Shown piece by piece: positions 1 to 8,264 of a DNA stretch of 64,000 bases (position 1 is the first letter of the stretch; each line of letters opens with the position of its first letter). The position numbers and the translations under genes are program-made. The DNA is from Moniliella sp. 'wahieum'. Its lineage: Eukaryota. The notes under the pieces are model-generated. The model had not been told where the DNA came from and searched no databases. It saw nothing but the letters and a program-made list of their open reading frames with translations. Where the stretch lies: assembly GCA_003971905.1 (NCBI GenBank), contig RSEE01000099.1:62001-126000 (forward strand), given 5' to 3'.

Positions 1-876
1 CAACCAAAACAAGGAAAACAACGAGGAAGAGGCAAGCAAAGATCAAATGTAGGGGGAGGTGAGCGAAACCAACTCAAGCACCCCCATTGCGACAAAGTAG
101 TATGCGAATGCACCGGCAAAAGTGATCCATCCCCCGGCATAGAGTGCCCGCCACCCAGCGAGACGCTTGGCACGGCGTAGCATGCCCCATATCGTGGGTT
201 GGCTTGTATAAGTAGGAGTGGGGTGTCCTCAGCGGGCAGGGCAACGCTCTGGGGCGCGTAGCTGGCGCGCGCACGGACCACGGAGCTGATCCACGGCTGG
301 ACCAATCCCACGCCCAACCCCGTCGAAAGTGAAGCGGCCACCAGAACGGCAAGAATGTCACTGATAGTGCTACTATCGCCGTCGGCCGTGAAAGTCGTCG
401 TCCCCAGAAGGGAGGGGAAGTTGATGAGGTCCATCCTCCAGGTGGTGGTAGGTGGCGAACAGGCCTCAGGCCGTCTCCTGCCCCCTCTCAGATCTGGGTC
501 TCAGGGGGCATGACATGTGACATGTGACAGCATGGTTACGCTGCGCTGTTGCGCGTTACACGCGTGACGTCATTCCATCCAATCATGCCCAACGCTACAC
601 ATCGGTGATTAGTGCCTAGTTGCTAGTCGTGGGTCGTTGCCTGTGTTGCCGGGTGGAGGCTGGACGTCGGTGGACCGAAATCTGGCCTGCTTCCTGTGAC
701 ATGTGACAGCGGCCGGTGCCAGTTGCGCTGGTAGGTGGGAATAACAACACAAACAAGCAGAATTGGTACACAATGTCGTCGGAGAGACGGGCGCGATGTC
801 CGAGTTGGGCGCGGTTCCCTCCTCATCGATCATCCCCAAATCGTCGGCACTGCAGTCGCCCGTGCCACCTCATCCC

Positions 877-1072
877 TGTCAGACTCACGCCGTGCTAGGG
901 GCCCCTTGGCCACTAGACCCGTATGGGCACTATGGCGTGATTCTTATCAGTTGGGAGATCCTGTGTCCACCTCTCGACTGTGCCCCCTTCCTGAGGAGGT
1001 CATATACCTCCTCTGCGTCCATATATGTATGCAATCCATCTGCGCCCTTTCCCCCATCTCCGTATCCTGACA
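877..1072 (+). repeat. LTR1 of tandem copia element
   Basis: TGTCAGACTCACG...CGTATCCTGACA, 196 bp, repeated at 3362 and 5833. Confidence 0.95.
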
Positions 1073-1084
1073 GGTTATGAGCCC
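1073..1084 (+). other. Primer-binding site complementary to the anticodon arm of initiator tRNA-Met (half-tRNA priming); second copy at 3554-3565
   Basis: GGTTATGAGCCC is the reverse complement of GGGCTCATAACC (tRNA-iMet positions ~29-40), the PBS type known from Drosophila copia and yeast Ty5. Confidence 0.85.
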
Positions 1085-1160
1085 ACTCAGCGCTTCCAGG
1101 CTCGCGAGCCCCCGGCGGACATCTCTCCTCGGCCTCGCCGCCCTCCTCCCCCCGCCCCCG

Positions 1161-3240
1161 ATGTCCGCCCGTCCGCACGGCACACTGCCGCTGTGCGCTG
1201 ACTTCTACCAGGACGCCTTGCAGGTCGGCGTCAGGCCCCTCACCCCCCCCCCGTGGCCGCTGTCCCCCCACGCGGACCCCTCCCGCCACGGCGCGTGAGC
1301 CGCCCCTTCCGTTCCGGAATCCCCTACCCCTGGCCTGGCCGTGACCGACGCTCGCGCCCTCGTCACCGCCACTATTCAGGCCCTCCTCCCCTACCTCAAC
1401 TTCCCCGCCACCCCACCCCTGCTGCCCGCCGCTCCGCCACTCCCCCCTGCCACCACCACGGAGGCAACCCCGCGACGCCGCCTTCTCCGGCAGCAGTACT
1501 ACCCCATTCCTCCCGGACGTCATTGCCCCCAACACTGCCGCCATGCTGTTCCCTCTCCCGGTCCAAGCACGCCGCCGCTGTTGGCCTCGCCTCACGTCCT
1601 CCCTCCTTACGGTCCGCCCCTTACTGCCCCCTCATAGGGCAGTCCCGCGGACGCTGCCAGCTCCGGCAGCCCCTCTTCCCCCATTTTCCCCCAAATCGCG
1701 CCTCGGGATCTCGTTTCCCCTGCCGCTCATCTCGGCCACCTCGCGCGTTCCCCAAGTAAGCCACTGACGCCTTCGGTAGGCACCTCGGTGCCACTTCTCC
1801 CCCCATTACCAAGGCGCAAAATTGCTTCGCCCCTTTGCCCCGCAAGCCCTGACCCGCTCGGTCGCTGCCCTGCTGTTCGGGATGCCATTGTTGCACGCGT
1901 CCAGTTATGGCATGAACGTGCCATGCATCTTCCCGTTCACAAGCTTCCGGGGCTCACCGCGGCCCTCTCACCCGCTGAGCGAGTTACGCACGATGACGTG
2001 CTCGCCGTGAAGGCCGCTGGCTGCACTGCCCGGCGTGTGACTTAGTTCCCTCTGAACCAATGCCACCCTTGCCTCAGCTGGCCTGCACCAGCCATTTCCC
2101 TTGCACACGCTTGCTGCTGACGTGTTCGAAGACTTCGGCACCTCTCCCAGCGCAACGTGTGCTCTCATCGTCCAAGACCATGACTCGCGTTTCATCTGGT
2201 CTATCCCCCTCAAGTCCAAGACAGACGCCCTGATGCACTGCAAGCCCACATTGAGTCTCTCGAGCAGCAATTCTCTCATCGCAACCTCAAGGTGGCCCAT
2301 TTGTGGACCACGAGCAGGACCGAGTTTGATCCTATCTCACCCTGGCTCCGCTCTCTGGGCATTCGGCACTGCCGGGCGACCGACGATGACCCTGCCGGCG
2401 TACTCCACCGCGTGCACCTATTGCTGAACAACCTTGTTCAAGCTGCATTGCCTTCCCTCTCCGCTGGCCCAACTTGCTGGCCTGCAGCTCTTGCTCAGGC
2501 CGCCACGGTCATCAACGCCTTGCCGCACCCGTCCTGCTCCAATGCCACCCCGCATCAGCGTATGTATGGCTGTTCTCTCGATGTTCCAGCCCTGCATCCC
2601 TTCGGCTGCCGGGCTCATGCCGAGGACATGAGCCCAGCTGCTACCATCTGGCTTCAATTCGACGACGCGTCGGTGGCTTCTTCGCGTCTGCCGCAACGGT
2701 AAATGGACAACTACCCGAGTCAAACAATGTCCGTTTCCAGGAAAACGACTATGGCCACCCTGCTGTGGTCGCTTCCTCTCCCGCGCCTCCTCTTGCCCCA
2801 TTCATCGCAGAGGACTTGCTCAAGTGGGAAACCCAAAGCCTGGCGTCCGTCGCCTCCCTCGGCGGCGCTACCTCCTACCTCCATCCACCATCGATGCCGA
2901 CATGCACATTCCTCCTGCCCCCTGCGGGACGCCGCGAACCGCTTGAGGAAAATGAGAGGACCGCGCTTGGCTACGCCTCCAGCATCACAAGTGCAACTCC
3001 AAGCATGCGGGCCAAGACACACACACTTCCCGTCGCCTTGCATTCTCTCTTTGTCTCTTATTTGGCTTTGTCGCATCATTGTCGCTAAGTCGTCCGCATC
3101 GCCCTCGCTTGCGACGTCTGCGCCTTCATCGTACCCACATCCGGTACAAGAGAACGCCGCGTATGCTTCCTCTCAGGTCCAGCCCTTCACGACCTGACCT
3201 GCGCATTGTTCTTCCCTTCCTTTCCCTTTTCTCACCCTGA
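1161..3240 (+). pseudogene. Degenerate, shortened copia gag-pol: integrase recognisable, no intact protease/RT/RNase H (copy 1)
   Basis: Zn-finger-like QLWHERAMH; core LHTLAADVF...LIVQDHDSRFIWSIPLKSKTDA; CWPAALAQAATVINALP...TPHQRMYG...PALHPFGCRAH; C-terminal ESNNVRFQEND; spread over several frames. Confidence 0.8.
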
Positions 3241-3361
3241 TCTCTGTTCCTTTGGTTCGGTGGGAGGTGACTTGTCCACTTCGTTACCATCGACTTCGTC
3301 TCTGTTCACGAGTTGGCCATCGTTGAAGGAGACCCAAAGGTGTCCACAGGATCGGTGGGAG

Positions 3362-3553
3362 TGTCAGACTCACGCCGTGCTAGGGGCCCTTGGCCACTAG
3401 ACCCGTATGGGCACTATGGCGTGATTCTATCAGTTGGGAGATCCTGTGTCCACCTCTCGACTGTGCCCCCTTCCTGAGGAGGTACATATACCTCCTCTGC
3501 GTCCATAGATGATGCAATCCATCTGCGCCTTTCCCCATCTCCGTATCCTGACA
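3362..3553 (+). repeat. LTR2 (shared middle LTR) of tandem copia element
   Basis: Near-identical to LTR1; preceded by PPT and followed by PBS. Confidence 0.95.
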
Positions 3554-3639
3554 GGTTATGAGCCCACTCAGCCTTCCAGGCTCGCGAGCCCCCGGCGGAC
3601 ATCTCTCCTCGGCCTCGGCCGCCCTCCTCCCCGCCCCCG

Positions 3640-5711
3640 ATGTCCGCCCGTCCGAACGGCAATGCCGCTGTGCGCTGACTTCTACAGGACGCCTTGCAGG
3701 TCGGCGTCAGGCCCCTCACCCCCCCCCCGTGGCCGCTGTCCCCACGCGGACCCCCTCCCGCCACGGCGCGTGAGCCGGCCCCTTCCGTTCCGGAATCCCC
3801 TACCCTGGCCTGGCCGTGACCGACGCTCGCGCCCTCGTCACCGCACTATTCAGGCCCTCCTCCCCTACCTCAACTTCCCCGCCCACCCCACCCTGCTGCC
3901 GCCGCTCCGCCACTCCCCCCTGCCCCACCACGGAGGCAACCCCCGCGGACGCCGCCTTCTCCGGCAGCAGTACTACCCCATTCCTCCCGGACGTCATTGC
4001 CCCCAACACTGCCGCCGCCATTGCTGTTCCCCTCTCCGTCCAAGCACGCCGCCGCTGTTGGCCTCGCCTCAGTCTCCCCTTACGGTCCGCCCCTTACTGC
4101 CCCTCATAGGGCATGTCCCGCGGACGCTGCCAGCTCCGGCAGCCCCTCTTTCTCCCCCATTTTCCCCCAAATCGCGCCTCGGGATCTCGTTTCCCCTGCC
4201 GCTCATCTCGGCCACCTCGCGCGTTCCCCAAGTAAGCCACTGACGCCTTCGGTAGGCACCTCGGTGCCACTTTCCCCCCTATTACCAAGGCGCAAATTGC
4301 TTCGCCCCTTGCCCCGCAAGCCCGCTGACCCGCCGGTCGCTGCCCTGCTGTTCGGGATGCCATTGTGCACGCGTCCAGTTATGGCATGAACGTGCCATGC
4401 ATCTTCCCGTTCACAAGCTTCCGGGCTCACCGCGGCCCTCTCACACGATGCTGCGCGAGTTACGCACGATGACGTGCTCGCCGTGAAGGCCGCTGGCTGG
4501 CACTGCCCGGCGTGTGACTAGTTCCCTCTGAAACCAATGCCACCCTTGCCTCAGCTGGGCTTGCACCAGCCATTTCCCTTGCACACGCTTGCTGCTGACG
4601 TGTTCGAAGATTCGGCACCTCTCCCAGCGCAACGTGTGCTCTCATCGTCCAAGACCATGACTCGCGTTTCATCTGGTCTATCCCCCTCAAGTCCAAGACA
4701 GACGCCGCTGATGCACTGCAAGCCCACATTGAGTCTCTCGAGCAGCAATTCTCTCATCGCAACCTCAAGGTGGCCATTTGTGGACCACGAGCAGGACCGA
4801 GTTTGATCTATCTCACCCTGGCTCCGCTCTCTGGGCATTCGGCACTGCCGGGCGACCGACGATGACCCTGCCGGCGTACTCCACCGCCGTGCACCTATTG
4901 CTGAACAACCTTGTTCAAGCTGCATGCCTTCCCTCTCCGCTGGCCCAACTTGCTGGCCTGCAGCTCTTGCTCGGCCGCCACGGTCATCAACGCCTTGCCG
5001 CACCCGTCCTGCTCCAATGCCCCCCGCATCAGCGTATGTATGGCTGTTCTCTCGATGTTCCAGCCCTGCATCCCTTCGGCTGCCGGGATCATGCCGAGGA
5101 CATGAGCCCAGCTGCTACCCATCTTGGCTTCAATTCGACGACGCGTCGGTTGGCTTCTTCGCGTCTGCCGCAACGGTAAATGGACAACTACCGAGTCAAA
5201 CAATGTCCGTTTCCAGGAAAACGACTATGGCCACCCTGCTGTGGTCGCTTCCTCTCCGCGCCTCCTCTTGCCCCATTCATCGCAGAGGACTTGCTCAAGT
5301 GGGAAACCCAAAGCTGGCGTCCGTCGCCTCCCTCGGCGGCGCTACCTCCTCATCCACCATCGATGCCGACATGCACATTCCTCCTGCCCCCTGCGGGACG
5401 CCGCGACCGCTTGAGGAAAATGAGAGGACCGCGCTTGGCTACGCCTCCAGCATCACCAAGTGCAACTCCAAGCATGCGGGCCAAGACACACACTTTCCCG
5501 TCGCCTTGCATTCTCTCTTTGTCTTCTTATTTGGCTTTGTCGCATCATTGTCGCTAAGTCGTCCGCATCGCCCTCGCTTGCGACGTCTGCGCCTTCATCG
5601 TACCCACATCCGGTACAAGAGAACGCCGCGTATGCTTCCTCTCAGGTCCAGCCCTTCACCGACCTGACCTGCGCATTGTTCTTTCCCTTTCCTTTCCCTT
5701 TCTCACCCTGA
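3640..5711 (+). pseudogene. Degenerate copia gag-pol (copy 2)
   Basis: Second copy of the same internal region with many additional 1-bp indels. Confidence 0.78.
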
Positions 5712-5832
5712 TCTCTGTTCCTTTGGTTCGGTGGGAGGTGACTTGTCCACTTCGTTACCATCGACTTCGTCTCTGTTCACGAGTTGGCCATCGTTGAAGG
5801 AGACCCAAAGGTGTCCACAGGATCGGTGGGAG

Positions 5833-6026
5833 TGTCAGACTCACGCCGTGCTAGGGGCCCCTTGGCCACTAGACCCGTATGGGCACTATGGCGTGATTCT
5901 TATCAGTTGGGAGATCCTGTGTCCACCTCTCGACTGTGCCCCCTTCCTGAGGAGGTACATATACCTCCTCTGCGTCCATAGATGTATGCAATCCATCTGC
6001 GCCCTTTCCCCCTCCGTATCCTGACA
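5833..6026 (+). repeat. LTR3 of tandem copia element
   Basis: Near-identical to LTR1; followed by TSD ATCCC. Confidence 0.95.
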
Positions 6027-7439
6027 ATCCCCACTAAGCTTTGATATAGCACGTTGATCGGATGAAGGAGGAGAATGGATGGTGTGGTTCTGAGGAGAGG
6101 CCAACAGCTCCACCACGACCGGATGCGGACGAGGCGATGAAGAACGGGCACGGCAGAGAGAGGTGCCGTGGTTGAGCGGCCCCACCAGCCTCGTGTGGAG
6201 AGGCTGGACGTAGGATGAATGCTGTCGAGATGGTAAACACCTTCAATGACGGTCTCCCCCTCCTCAGGGGGCCTCGGGTGGGCGGTGGGAAGAGCGTGAG
6301 ATGGTGGCCTTGCTGTCGGGGCGTGCGCCGAGCGTTGCTGGCCCAAGGCGGCGTTGGCCTGTATGCGCTGGAGCGGGAAGGCGGCAGCACGGCGGTGCGC
6401 TAAGGCCAGTTGAAAGGGAAATGCCATGTATACCATTGCCCTTCTGTCTGGACCATGGGCCCGCCGGCGAGGATGGGTGCGTGGGAAGATGTCCATGGTA
6501 AAAGTAGACAAATGCTAGGCAGCCTCAACATACGCGAAGACAGCCCCGCCTTGTGGAGGTGGGTGTCGGTAGGGGGAAGGCGAATATAGGGGTGGTTCTT
6601 GTCAAGGGGCAAGGCCATACATTGTTGAAGAACCAATGTGCATCCCGACTGAAACGTCGGTGCTGGTATTGAAAAACAGTCCACACCCTTTCCCTGGACG
6701 AGGTAGGGTAGCTGGGCCGCAGGAGGGCAAGGCGCTGACGGCCGGCGGCCGCAAGGTCAAGGTGAAGAAGGCTTTCGCCGTGTGGAAGGGGCTGTGCCTC
6801 GGCGTGGGAGGGGTTTGCAGTCTGCGTTAACCACCACCACCACCAAAGTGCGATTGCATCACCCTCCAAAAGCAATCGTGATCTCCAGGGGCCGTCCTGT
6901 CAGTTGGAGGTCATCTAGGTGTCCATCACTGCGCCCAGTGACGCCTTTGTCAAAGCACCGCCCAAGCAGTGGCGCATCTGCACCCTCATCTCGCCGAACC
7001 ATTCATCCTAGACCCGTGATCCACATATGCGACCCGCCACCTAGGTCGGTGTCCAAAAATCCATATCGACTTGGGACCCTTCACTGATGGGTTCGCTTTG
7101 GGGAGAATAGGTAATACGGGTTGGACATGTGAACATGTGGATTTGTTGCACCTTGAACAGGAGCCTTGGCTAGCTAGAAACTCGGCTGCAGCTTCCATCC
7201 AAGATTGATTCCGACCCACAGAAGAAGAATGAGCGAGCCAACACAGATGGATGCAGCCGTGCTGGGTCCGGCAATGAAAACGACGTGTGGCCTCCCATCC
7301 GCACGGGTGGCATTATCTGGCTCCGGGTGGTGGGGGTGTTTTGAGCAAGGATGTATTGGTGACGTGAGTGGAGGGGATGGATATTCCGAGAGAGGAGCCC
7401 GTTAGGGGCACAACATATAGGAGGGTGTCACATTGAACA

Positions 7440-8160
7440 GCGCAAGGTATGATGCATGATCAGCTACATGCATGATGGCGCTGACAACGACATGTGATAA
7501 TGTGACGCGTGTCATGTGACAGTGACACGTGACAACACAAGCGAGCCAGTCTCCAACTGCGGTCGTCGACGTATCGACCCAGCGCCGCATGGGTGATGTG
7601 GCGTAGGCCACAGCAGCCACAGCAGGCCATAGCCTGCCACAGCATCGAGAAGAGCAAGAAACTTGGGCACGCAATAAGCGTCCTGGACTGGCGGTGGAGC
7701 GGGAGAGCACAGGCTTAGTGTCGGCGCTGTCCAGGCACGGACAAAGCCACAAGCCACGCAGGCGCAGGGGTCCTCTAGCAGCGTCTCGCCTGTCTAGCCT
7801 CCTCTCCCAGATCCCACAGCCTCTCCCAGCCAGCTGGGCGCGGGGGGGTTGTGCTGGTGTGCGCGTCGCTTGAAGAGCCAGCAGCTCGGACGCCCAGGAG
7901 TTCCGCGCGTCACCGGAGCCTGACGGTGACGCGGCGACCAGTGGTGCGTGGTGCGTAGCACGTGACAGGTGACATGTGACATGTGGCGTGACGCGTGACG
8001 CGTGCCGGTGCTCAGGCTGTGACATGTGAGCTGCTGACGCGCTGACGCAAGGCAGAGCAAGAAAGGGTGAGCCGTGGTGCTCAGCCTGAGCTGAGCCCGG
8101 GGAGCGTGAGCGCCGTGAGCGCGTGAGCGCGTGAGCGCTCGCTGAGCAGCACCTGCTGCT
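7440..8160. promoter_or_regulatory. Intergenic cluster of TGACATGTGA / CACGTGAC / GTGACGCGTGAC / GCTGAG / GCGTGAG motifs upstream of the arrestin-like gene
   Basis: Dense repeats of these words, with similar clusters in other intergenic regions (510-575, 32735-32752, 38290-38580, 57125-57330, 62290-62420); the regulatory role is inferred. Confidence 0.4.
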
Positions 8161-8264
8161 GATCTGGTTCCTGGCCGTCGGCTCGTGTCGACTTGCTCAA
8201 TTTCGACCCAGGACGTGCCGGCTGCCACCTGCCTTTCTCCTGACCACCACCCCCCTCTCCCCCC

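Larger units (their letters stand above)
877..6026 (+). mobile_element. Non-autonomous Ty1/copia LTR retrotransposon in tandem 3-LTR configuration (LTR-int-LTR-int-LTR)
   Basis: Three ~195-bp direct repeats with TGTCAG...CTGACA termini. PBS GGTTATGAGCCC follows LTR1 and LTR2, and a purine-rich AGGATCGGTGGGAG precedes LTR2 and LTR3. The 5-bp TSD ATCCC (872-876, 6027-6031) flanks the whole array. Copia integrase motifs occur in both internal copies. Confidence 0.93.
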
